NCBI GenBank assembly: GCA_039714075.1
Contig: JBDLKA010000016.1
Span: 1 to 51,391, forward strand
DNA from: Candidatus Krumholzibacteriota bacterium
Lineage (GTDB): Bacteria; Krumholzibacteriota; Krumholzibacteriia; LZORAL124-64-63
Length of the DNA stretch: 51,391 nucleotides
Direction: 5' to 3'
Part shown: piece by piece, positions 9,815-18,139 of the stretch
Position numbering within the stretch: the first letter of the stretch is position 1
How the letters are laid out: every line of letters begins with the position of its first letter
Translations under genes and position numbers: made by a program
Notes under the pieces: model-generated
Database searches by the model: none
What the model was told of the DNA's origin: nothing
What the model saw: only the letters and a program-made list of their open reading frames with translations

Positions 9815-12646
9815 CTACTGGTAACCGAACAGGACCGCCCAGATGATCGTCACGACCAGGGACAGCCCGATGGTCAGGGCCACGAAGCCGAAGGTCTTCA
9901 GGGCCTTGACGAAGCCGTCGGGCAGCGGGTCGACCATGTGTTCCTCCAGGCGTCCTTCACGGACCAGTTCCTCGTATTCGCGGGGCCGGTCTTCCTTGAA
10001 CTCCTCGAGGGTCATCCGGCCGGTGAAGATCACCGGATCCATGGGGAACCGGTCGGGCCGGAAATGCGTGTTGAAGAAGTGGATGGTAAAGATGAACCCG
10101 GTGGCCAACAGGGCCTCGTCCGAGTGGATGATCGAGGCCACGTTGATGAACCAGCCCGGCAGGACGTAGGTGAACACCTCGGGATACCACAGGATGAGCC
10201 CGCTGAAACCGATCATGCCCACGCCCCAGAAGACCGCGAAGTAGTCGAACTTCTCCCAGTAGGTCCAGCGTCCGTACTGCGGCCGTTCGCCCTTGTGCAG
10301 GAACCACTTCATCGTCTGGACGAATTCCACGCCGTCCCGCTTGTTGAACATCATACCGTTGGGACCGAGGATGAATTCGCCCCAACTCAGCCCGGCCTGC
10401 TTGCGCCGGCAGTGGGCGTCATAGATATGCCGGATGAAGTAGAAGAAGGTCAGGTAGGCGCCCATGCGATGCAGGGTGCCGGCCGACTGGAATCCGCCCA
10501 GGACATGGGCCAGCCACTGCGCCCAGGGCAGATAGGAGAACTTCAGCGTCATGCCCGTGACCGCCAGGGTCAGGAAGCTGATGATCACTGTCGCGTGCAA
10601 CATCCTGTGCAGGCGGTTGAAGCGACGGAACTGCTTCTCACCCTTGGCCTTCTGGCGCAGCTGACGCGAATGTTTCAGGGCCTGGAAGCTGCGGGGCATC
10701 CACATCAGGGTGTGGATGCCGAACACCACGAAGGTCCCGATCAGCAGCGAGGTCATGAACAGCCAGGTGTAATGGATGACCGGATACTTGTCCTTGTCGT
10801 GGTGCGTGGCGTGGGTCAGGTAACCCGCGAACTGCCGGTGGGCGCCCGGATGGCACTGGGCGCAGGTTCCCACGATGTTGTCGCGCGACAGGGTCGAATT
10901 CGGATCGTCGGGCGGCAGGACGTTGTGCTGGCCGTGGCAGTCATGGCAGCTGGCGGTCTCGGTGTAGCCCAGGGCGAACACCTTGCCGTGGTAGGTTTCG
11001 AAGTAGGTTTCGGTCACATCGTGGTGGCAGACCCCGCACGAGTTGGCGATCTGCAGCTTGAAACCCTCCGCGTCGATGCGGGCGATCTCGTGCGAGCTGT
11101 GACAGTCGTCGCACATCGGCAGGTCGTGGCCGTCCTTGCTATCACCCGTGAAGTGGATGCTTTCACGGAAGGTCCGGTCGATGCCCTCGTGGCACTGGCC
11201 GCAGGTATCGGCCACATGGGCGCGGCTGACGGTGGAAGCGGCGTCCTGGCTGGGCAGGATGGCGTGGGTCGAATGGCAGTCGACGCAGGTGGCGGTGACT
11301 ACAAGGCCGCTCTTGTCCAGGGCCTGGCCGTGCACACTCTTCTTGTAGTTCGACACCATGCTTTCCACGGTGCCCTCGTACCGCTTGTCGGCGATGCCGC
11401 CCTCATCGTGGCAGGTCCCGCACAGGTCGGGAATGTTGCGGACATGGGTCCGGGAATCGGGGTTGTCCTTCTTCAGGACGTCGTGTCCCCCATGGCAGAT
11501 CAGGCAGTCCGGCGAGTCCGGATCCCCCTGCTTGTCCAGTTTTCCATGGATGCTGCTCTTGTAGATTTCCACGACTTCGGCATGGCAGATGGAACAGTCC
11601 ACGCGCGAGGGAATGGTGTCGCAGGGACGGTCGTGGTTGACCGAGGCCCCTGTGTGGCACTGGATGCAGGAGGACTTGTTGTGGGCCGACCCGGCGAGCA
11701 TTTCGTGGTCCACGAACATGGACTTGCCCTCGAGGCCGGGAGCGGCCGCCACCAGGTCTTCATTCTGATGGCAGACCAGGCATTCGCTGTCGGACATGCC
11801 TTCGTCGTAATAGACCCGCCGCACCTCATGGGGCTGGTGGCATTCGATGCAGACCGGCACGCTGGCGGGATCCTTTTCCCACAATTCGCCTTGAACGACT
11901 TTCTGGTGCACGTTTTCGATCAGCCCGTGGCACTGTTCGCAGGTGGCCGCCACGTTGTCCCGGTGGATGGTGGATTCGGGGTCGTTGTGGTTGCGGACAT
12001 TGTGCGCGGAGTGGCAGTCGGAACAGACGGCGGTCCCGGTCAGCCCTCGCCGGTACAGCCCCTCGCCGTGGATGGAAAGGGAATAGTGCGCCAGCACGCT
12101 GTCCTGGGAGACGTCGGCATAGTCGCTGACCCCGGCCCCCTCCTTGTGGCAGCGTCCGCACATGATCGGAATGTTGAACTTGTTCACCCGTGAATCGGGA
12201 TCTTCCGGGGGGGTGATGTCGTGGGCCCCGTGACAGGACCAGCACCGCGGCGCCAGGGGGATGCCTTCGGCCACGCCGACCCCGTGGAGGCTGCCGGCGT
12301 AGACGTCGGCGATGTCGTCATGGCACATGGAGCAGTCGACATCCTCCAGTTCCTCATCGTGATCGCCGTCGAAATCCTCCAGATCGGCATGGCAGTCGAT
12401 GCACTCGATATCCTCCCGCCCATGGATCGAATTCCGGTACTTGTCGATGTCCAGATACAGGGAGATGACCCGGGTGCCCTCGTTTTTCGTCAGGTCCTCG
12501 TCATCGTGACAGTCCAGGCAGTCATCCGCGGTTTGGCCGACGACCGCCGCCGGTCCCGCCAGCCCCGCCAGGAGCAAGGCGGTCATGAGGAACAAAAGGA
12601 ATCGTTTTCCCTGGAAGTCGGAGGGGAACCGGTTTGGGCTGGACAT
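9815..12646 (-). CDS. 19-heme cytochrome c fused to a cytochrome b membrane domain (CbcL-like quinol oxidoreductase)
   Basis: Signal peptide; 19 CxxCH motifs counted. C-terminal TM domain with RFNRLHRMLH, LHR, GRWTYWEKFDY, IHSDEALLA, HFFNTH. Start ATG 12646 follows GGGAG. Confidence 0.92.
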   Translation of the reverse strand: MSSPNRFPSDFQGKRFLLFLMTALLLAGLAGPAAVVGQTADDCLDCHDDEDLTKNEGTRVISLYLDIDKYRNSIHGREDIECIDCHADLEDFDGDHDEELEDVDCSMCHDDIADVYAGSLHGVGVAEGIPLAPRCWSCHGAHDITPPEDPDSRVNKFNIPIMCGRCHKEGAGVSDYADVSQDSVLAHYSLSIHGEGLYRRGLTGTAVCSDCHSAHNVRNHNDPESTIHRDNVAATCEQCHGLIENVHQKVVQGELWEKDPASVPVCIECHQPHEVRRVYYDEGMSDSECLVCHQNEDLVAAAPGLEGKSMFVDHEMLAGSAHNKSSCIQCHTGASVNHDRPCDTIPSRVDCSICHAEVVEIYKSSIHGKLDKQGDPDSPDCLICHGGHDVLKKDNPDSRTHVRNIPDLCGTCHDEGGIADKRYEGTVESMVSNYKKSVHGQALDKSGLVVTATCVDCHSTHAILPSQDAASTVSRAHVADTCGQCHEGIDRTFRESIHFTGDSKDGHDLPMCDDCHSSHEIARIDAEGFKLQIANSCGVCHHDVTETYFETYHGKVFALGYTETASCHDCHGQHNVLPPDDPNSTLSRDNIVGTCAQCHPGAHRQFAGYLTHATHHDKDKYPVIHYTWLFMTSLLIGTFVVFGIHTLMWMPRSFQALKHSRQLRQKAKGEKQFRRFNRLHRMLHATVIISFLTLAVTGMTLKFSYLPWAQWLAHVLGGFQSAGTLHRMGAYLTFFYFIRHIYDAHCRRKQAGLSWGEFILGPNGMMFNKRDGVEFVQTMKWFLHKGERPQYGRWTYWEKFDYFAVFWGVGMIGFSGLILWYPEVFTYVLPGWFINVASIIHSDEALLATGFIFTIHFFNTHFRPDRFPMDPVIFTGRMTLEEFKEDRPREYEELVREGRLEEHMVDPLPDGFVKALKTFGFVALTIGLSLVVTIIWAVLFGYQ

Positions 12647-12754
12647 CAGGACAACTCCCGAAAGCAAATGGAACGGGTCATGTTTGGGACAAAGCCCATT
12701 ATTGGGTTCCATCACCTACGGGTCAAATAGGTTATCATCATATCCGGGAATAAG

Positions 12755-12787
12755 TTGCATGATCCGGTTCACTGACCGGAAATGCAA
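12755..12787. promoter_or_regulatory. Imperfect dyad in the AT-rich region upstream of the cytochrome gene
   Basis: TTGCAT-GA-TCCGGT-N6-ACCGGA-A-ATGCAA. Confidence 0.3.
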
Positions 12788-12959
12788 TTCAACGGATAAA
12801 ATAAATCTTCTTTTAAGTATCGAATATTATTTAGGTTGGTGGCGTCGATAAACCATCAGGAAAACGTTTGATCTTGATTTTCGATCTCAGAAGATCGGAA
12901 TCCCGTGGGCGATAAGGTTGTCTTATCCTTTCCGGGAGGGTTGATGCACCTTTCCCGGA

Positions 12960-14558
12960 TCAGGGGAGACTCCCCTGCCCCTCGGGCGCCTTCATGCCCT
13001 TGGACCACACCGGCAGGTTGATCACGTAGGTCGTCCCCTGCCCCGGCGTGCTCTCGGCGGCCAGGGAACCGCCGTGCCTGTCCACGATGCTGTTGCAGGT
13101 GATCATTTCCCAATCCATGCGCACGCGGCTGGAGTCGGACTTGAAGCCCGGCTTGAACAGGGCCTGCAGGGCATCCGGTTCGTACCCGCATCCCGTATCG
13201 GTGACCGTGATCTGGGCCTGGTCGGCAATCTGTTCGGTTCTCACGGTAATCGTCCCCGGAGGTGTGATATCCCTGATCGCATGCATGATCAGGCTCAGGA
13301 TCAGCTGATTCAATTGCGCCGGGTAACCCAGGAGGGGCGCAATCTCTCCCAGTTCAAGATTGATTTCCACGCCCTCGGGAACACTGCGGTCCATGATTTT
13401 CAGGGTGTTGCGTATGCCCTGGTTGAGGTCGGTCTGCTGAAACTCGGCCTTGTCCAGCTGGCTGAAGGTCTTCAGGCCCGCCACCAGTTCCCCGATGCGG
13501 TCGGCGGCCGCCTCCATGCCCACGACGCCCCTGTCCAGGGCTTCCAGCGACCGCCGGAAGCGGGGGTCCGACGTCACTTCGAGGGAATCGGCTCCCGAGA
13601 CGTACTTTTCCCGGATGATCCGGCGGCTTCGTCCCACCACGTCAACGGACGAGGCCAGGGTGCCCAGAGGGGTGTTCAGCTCGTGGGCCAGGCCGGCCAC
13701 CAGTTCGCCCAGAACCGCCATTTTCTCCGCCTGGATGATCCGGCCCTGGGCGGCGATCAGGTCCGACTCGGCTTTTTCCCGCCGGGCGATGTCCCGAACC
13801 AGGGAAGACTGCATTTCCCTGATACTGTCGGCCAGTTCACCCAGGGCGTCGTTCGATTGGTGATCCAGGCTCAGGCCCAGGTTCCCGCCCGCGATCGCCC
13901 GGGCCACACTGCTCATCCGGTCCACGGGCCGGACGACGGCCCCGATGATCCAGATCGATATCACGACCAGCAACCCCAGGAATACCAGGCTCGTCAGGTT
14001 CATGATCCAGCGGACCCGGTCAATGCGGTGTCCCATCCGTCCCATGGCTCTTACCAGTTGCTGATCGTTGTCCTCCACCACGTCCGCCAGTTCACGATTG
14101 ATTTTTTCATAGCGCCGGTTCATCTGCGCCACGCGGTCCAGGAAACCGGGCTGGAAATCCAGGTCCAACAGGTCCTGCTGGATCATTTCCATGGTCGTGA
14201 TCCTGGCGAGATCGAAATAGGAATCGAAATCCTCTAGCAGGGGCGTGAGTTTATCCGCCAGTTCGGGCACGCCCAGACAGCCGGCGACCGTCAGCCGGAA
14301 ATGGGCGGCCACCGTGTCGGCCGCGGCCACCTGGTCTTCGTCGGCATTGGTCACCGCGGTGGTCAGAAGCTGGCGGATGGTCAGGAGATCCTTTTCCAGG
14401 TCATGGCTGAGCTCCAGGGCATGGAAGAACTCGTCCCGGATGCGTTCGATGGTCTCCGCACTCCTGGTGGTAGCGCGCTGGGTCAGGCCAAAGAACAGGG
14501 CAAAGGCCAGGGCGGTGACCAGGGGCATCAGGAAAATCTTGTGGTTGAACTTCATCAA
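12960..14558 (-). CDS. Membrane sensor histidine-kinase-like protein (2 TM, periplasmic helical domain, HAMP, DHp, degenerate ATPase domain)
   Basis: HAMP (VVRPV...DALGEL), H-box AHELNTPLG, G1 DTGCG. The N box reads SLIMHA and the G2 box reads RVRMDWEM. Confidence 0.88.
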   Translation of the reverse strand: MMKFNHKIFLMPLVTALAFALFFGLTQRATTRSAETIERIRDEFFHALELSHDLEKDLLTIRQLLTTAVTNADEDQVAAADTVAAHFRLTVAGCLGVPELADKLTPLLEDFDSYFDLARITTMEMIQQDLLDLDFQPGFLDRVAQMNRRYEKINRELADVVEDNDQQLVRAMGRMGHRIDRVRWIMNLTSLVFLGLLVVISIWIIGAVVRPVDRMSSVARAIAGGNLGLSLDHQSNDALGELADSIREMQSSLVRDIARREKAESDLIAAQGRIIQAEKMAVLGELVAGLAHELNTPLGTLASSVDVVGRSRRIIREKYVSGADSLEVTSDPRFRRSLEALDRGVVGMEAAADRIGELVAGLKTFSQLDKAEFQQTDLNQGIRNTLKIMDRSVPEGVEINLELGEIAPLLGYPAQLNQLILSLIMHAIRDITPPGTITVRTEQIADQAQITVTDTGCGYEPDALQALFKPGFKSDSSRVRMDWEMITCNSIVDRHGGSLAAESTPGQGTTYVINLPVWSKGMKAPEGQGSLP

Positions 14559-14587
14559 TGCCCTCTGTGCCGGGGCTTTCCCCCCAC

Positions 14588-15040
14588 TTAATCCAGGGCC
14601 AGGATCTTGACCCCGGAAACGTTGGTAGCCGCTGAAACGAAGCCCACCGACCCGGGAGTGGCGGCCACGAAATCCACCAGAGCGGTTTCGCTGACGAAAT
14701 TCCGGGGAGGCACCCCCTTGCCGGTGAACACCATCTGCCTCCAGTAGGTGACGAAACGCTGAACCGACCGCTCGAGATATCCTTCGATGAAGCGGTCGTG
14801 CAGCGGCCCGGACTTCAGCATCACCGGCACGATCGAGGACTTGTCGTCCCAGCGGGTTTTCTTGCCGAGAAAGATCCTTTGCAGGTCCTTTTGCCCGATG
14901 GCGTCTTCATACAGTCCGGAATTGGCGATGATCACCAGGTCGTCGCCCGCGGCGAACCCCGGGCCGGGGAACATCGACGCCATCACAAACAGGAGAACAA
15001 ATCCTTGCCACCAGCGATTCCTGTCCGGTCTGTGGTTCAT
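14588..15040 (-). CDS. Small periplasmic binding-protein-like (PstS-like single domain) protein
   Basis: Signal peptide; VIIAN, LQRIFLGKKTRW, YWRQMVFTGKGVPP, VAATPGSVGFV. Confidence 0.82.
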   Translation of the reverse strand: MNHRPDRNRWWQGFVLLFVMASMFPGPGFAAGDDLVIIANSGLYEDAIGQKDLQRIFLGKKTRWDDKSSIVPVMLKSGPLHDRFIEGYLERSVQRFVTYWRQMVFTGKGVPPRNFVSETALVDFVAATPGSVGFVSAATNVSGVKILALD

Positions 15041-15066
15041 GACGTCACCCCCTTCCAGGTTCCCCT

Positions 15067-16389
15067 CTAGAAATGAAAGGTCGTCTTGGCCGCCAACATG
15101 CCCCAGTGCCGCTTCATGGGATCGGCCAGATTCTCCTCCAGGGTGCGCGGCTGGGTCAGGGCCACCCCGTCGATGAAATGGTACTCGAGCTTGAAGAGCC
15201 AGAAGTCGGTCAGATCGAATCGGCTGCTGATGGTCAGATCCCTCTGCCAGCCGTAATAATCCGGCAGGCCAACCAACTCAAAATTCCTGATTTCGACATC
15301 CCCGCCAAGCGGATCGGCGTCTGAATAGTAACAGGCCAAAGACAGCAGCCGCGAAAACCGGTTGCCGGCCAGGACGTACCAGCCGCGGGTCTGGGAATCC
15401 TCGAATTGGTCATGATAGTACTCGGCGGCAAGGGTCAGGTCGTCCCGGATGTATTCCGCCGAAAAGGTGGCCAGATGATTGATCTTGTGGGTCTGGTCGA
15501 TGGCGATTTCGTAGGGATGATAGCCCGCGCCGTTGTTGCCGTCCGGGATGTTCACGTCATAGCGTAGCACGGCCTTGATATGGTAGCGGCCCTGGATGGC
15601 GGTCGAACCGATCCGCAGCCCCTCCAGCGGCGTCGACCAGTTCACCGCGCCCCCGAAGATCCAGGGAAAAGTCACCTCCCAATCGTCGAGGGAGCGGAAA
15701 CCGGCCTCCGCGGTCCCCGGGGAATTGCCGTACTCGTCATCCACCGCCAGCCCGACCGACGGCTCCAGGTCGCGGGAGGAACCCTCGAAAAGGTCCGTCC
15801 AGAACCCCGTGCTCGAGTCCGGCACGTTCAGGGTACCCACGTAGACATGGTAGTCCAGTTCCCCGGCGCCCTGGAGATCGAAGTTGCCGTAGGCCCCGGC
15901 GCCCTCGTAGGCCAGGTTGAAATCGCGTTGCTTGTCGTTGTAGATGCTTTGCGGCAGGAAGATGCTGGTGCGCAGCATGTCCACGTCGCGGCCCTCGTTG
16001 TACAGGCCGAAGGGCAACCTGACCTTGCCCGCCCGGAATCCCAGCTGGTCCTTCCAGCGGTAGTCGCCGAAGGCCCAGTCGATGAGAACCTGATCGTTGC
16101 CCGTTTCCCCGAAATTCCGGCCCAGAAACTGGATGCCGACGCGCAAGCGGTCCACCGGCCGGGCGGTCAGGGTTATGGCCGCTTCGGTGAAATCGGCGGT
16201 CCCGTTGGTGCTGCGGGAAACCAGATAATCATTTGATGAAGTGTTCAGGTAACCCTGGCTCACGAACCCGTTGACAAACAGGTCATCGTCCAGGTTCCCG
16301 GCGACCGCGGGCAACGAAAAAGCCGCCAGGAGCATCACGATCCCGACCTGGACCAGCCACCGGAATCCGCGGAATCGACAACTCTCCAT
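15067..16389 (-). CDS. Outer-membrane beta-barrel/porin-like protein
   Basis: Signal peptide; NGFVSQGY, IDWAFGDY, RAGKVRLPFGLYN; alternating beta pattern; ends in TTFHF. Confidence 0.82.
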   Translation of the reverse strand: MESCRFRGFRWLVQVGIVMLLAAFSLPAVAGNLDDDLFVNGFVSQGYLNTSSNDYLVSRSTNGTADFTEAAITLTARPVDRLRVGIQFLGRNFGETGNDQVLIDWAFGDYRWKDQLGFRAGKVRLPFGLYNEGRDVDMLRTSIFLPQSIYNDKQRDFNLAYEGAGAYGNFDLQGAGELDYHVYVGTLNVPDSSTGFWTDLFEGSSRDLEPSVGLAVDDEYGNSPGTAEAGFRSLDDWEVTFPWIFGGAVNWSTPLEGLRIGSTAIQGRYHIKAVLRYDVNIPDGNNGAGYHPYEIAIDQTHKINHLATFSAEYIRDDLTLAAEYYHDQFEDSQTRGWYVLAGNRFSRLLSLACYYSDADPLGGDVEIRNFELVGLPDYYGWQRDLTISSRFDLTDFWLFKLEYHFIDGVALTQPRTLEENLADPMKRHWGMLAAKTTFHF

Positions 16390-16409
16390 GACGCCCTCCG
16401 GAGGGAAGA

Positions 16410-16919
16410 TCAGATGAAGGTTCGCAAAATATCGTTCTGCAGGCCGGACAGCTTGCCCTGGGCCTGATCTATCTCGGCGATCTTTTCCTGGAGGGTCTTG
16501 ACCAGGTAGCGGCGTTCCAGGGCATTGCGCAGCACCACCAGCAGGTTGGTGTTGTCCCAGGGTTTTTCGATGAACTGGAACAGTCCGATATCGTTGATCG
16601 CCCGGATGGCGCTGTCCTTGTCCGCGTAACCGGTCAGCAGGATCCGGGGCGCGTGGGGATGCCGGGCGCCGAACCGGCCCAACAGTTCGATGCCGTTCAT
16701 TTCGGGCATGAGAAAATCCGACACCACCACGTCCACCTGGCCGTCCTGGGCGTATTCCAGGGCCGCGGCCGGGGACGTGAAGGAGCGGATGCCGTATTCC
16801 GTTTCCAGATCCAGGAATGTCCGGAGGCTGTCGAGTACCATTTCCTCGTCGTCGACGATCACCACGGTGGCGTCGCTTTCCACAAAGGGAGCGGCTTCCT
16901 GCATCGAGTCGTCATTCAC
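16410..16919 (-). CDS. Response regulator: receiver plus short coiled coil, no output domain
   Basis: IVDDE, VSDFLMP, LTGYAD, EKPW; GTG start. Confidence 0.9.
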   Translation of the reverse strand: MNDDSMQEAAPFVESDATVVIVDDEEMVLDSLRTFLDLETEYGIRSFTSPAAALEYAQDGQVDVVVSDFLMPEMNGIELLGRFGARHPHAPRILLTGYADKDSAIRAINDIGLFQFIEKPWDNTNLLVVLRNALERRYLVKTLQEKIAEIDQAQGKLSGLQNDILRTFI

Positions 16920-16930
16920 GGCGGTTCACC

Positions 16931-18139
16931 TCAACTATTCCTGGTAATCCCGACTACGGTCAGGTCATCCCGGTATTCGGGAATCCCGAAGGCCAGGGCC
17001 CGGTCGGCAAGGGTCCCGGGAAGATCCTGTCCACTTGTCCCGGCCAGGTCGGCGGCGTCCTGCAACAGCCGGCCTTCCCCGTAGAACTCATCGCTGGAGT
17101 TCTGGGCTTCGGACAGACCGTCGCTGAACAACAACAGGCTGTCACCGGCCTGCGGCCTCAGAACGACTTCATTGCCGGGATTATACATGGCGCTCTCCAC
17201 CAGGCCCAGCAAAAGACCATTTGCCGGCTGGATCTGCACCTTTCCCGCTTCACCCACAAGAAGGGGGTAAGGCAAGCCCGCCCCGACCAATCTGATCCGG
17301 CCGGCCCCGGGCTCCACCACCGCGGCCGCGGCGGCCACCGGAATCTCCCGGGGCAAGCCCCGGTACAAAACCTCGTTCATCCTGGAAAGGATTTCGCCGG
17401 GTCCCAGATCTTCTCCTGCCAACCCGGCAGTGGAAAATTTCAACAGGGCCGTCCCCAGCGCCGCCTGGACGCCATGCCCTGTACTGTCGGCCACCACGAT
17501 TCCCAAACGGCCTTCGGCCAGGGACACAAATTCGTAGAAATCTCCCCCCACCGCCATGGCCGGTCGATAGACCACCGATAAACTGAAGGGATCGGCCCGG
17601 GGAACATCAGCGGGCAAAAACTTGGCCTGGACGATTCTTGCCCAATCCATTTCCTGACGAAATTCCTCATCCCGCGCACTCAATTCATTCCGCTGATGGA
17701 GGATCCTGTCCAGTTCCTTGATCTTCTCATGCAGCGCCTCCCTTACCCCTTTATGGTCCAGCGCGTTTTTCAGAGCCAACAGGAACTGTTCGTTGTCCAG
17801 GGGCTTTTCCAGATACTGGAACAAACCCACCTCGTTGATGGCCCGAATGGCGTTTTCCTTGTCGGCGTAACCCGTCAGCATCAGACGGGGGATTTCGGGA
17901 TCCATCCGCCGGACTTCGGCCAGAAGCTCCAGACCGGTCATGCCCGGCATGAGAAAGTCCGATACCACCACGTCCACCGGCCCGGCCGCGAGCCGCTCCA
18001 GGGATTCGGCCCCCGAGGCACAGGTGATCACCTCGTAATCCGTTTCCAGTTCCAGGATCGCAGCCAGGGCCTGGGTGACCATGGGCTCGTCGTCCACCAG
18101 CATGATGACCGGGGAGCGTCCCTGAGGCTTCCCCATCAC
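16931..18139 (-). CDS. Receiver domain-SpoIIE/PP2C (RsbU-like) protein phosphatase
   Basis: Receiver motifs LVDDE, SDFLMP, EKP; PP2C motifs GGDFY, ADSTGHG, FSDGLSE, DDLT. Confidence 0.92.
   Translation of the reverse strand: MMGKPQGRSPVIMLVDDEPMVTQALAAILELETDYEVITCASGAESLERLAAGPVDVVVSDFLMPGMTGLELLAEVRRMDPEIPRLMLTGYADKENAIRAINEVGLFQYLEKPLDNEQFLLALKNALDHKGVREALHEKIKELDRILHQRNELSARDEEFRQEMDWARIVQAKFLPADVPRADPFSLSVVYRPAMAVGGDFYEFVSLAEGRLGIVVADSTGHGVQAALGTALLKFSTAGLAGEDLGPGEILSRMNEVLYRGLPREIPVAAAAAVVEPGAGRIRLVGAGLPYPLLVGEAGKVQIQPANGLLLGLVESAMYNPGNEVVLRPQAGDSLLLFSDGLSEAQNSSDEFYGEGRLLQDAADLAGTSGQDLPGTLADRALAFGIPEYRDDLTVVGITRNS

Noticed and set aside
9938..12193. 751-aa plus-strand ORF, and similar long ORFs at 22249-23976, 30095-32329, 36738-38651 and 49858-51312
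   Set aside because: All lie antisense to well-supported genes.
14588..15040. pstS of a phosphate ABC transporter
   Set aside because: About half the length of PstS, and no pstCAB nearby.
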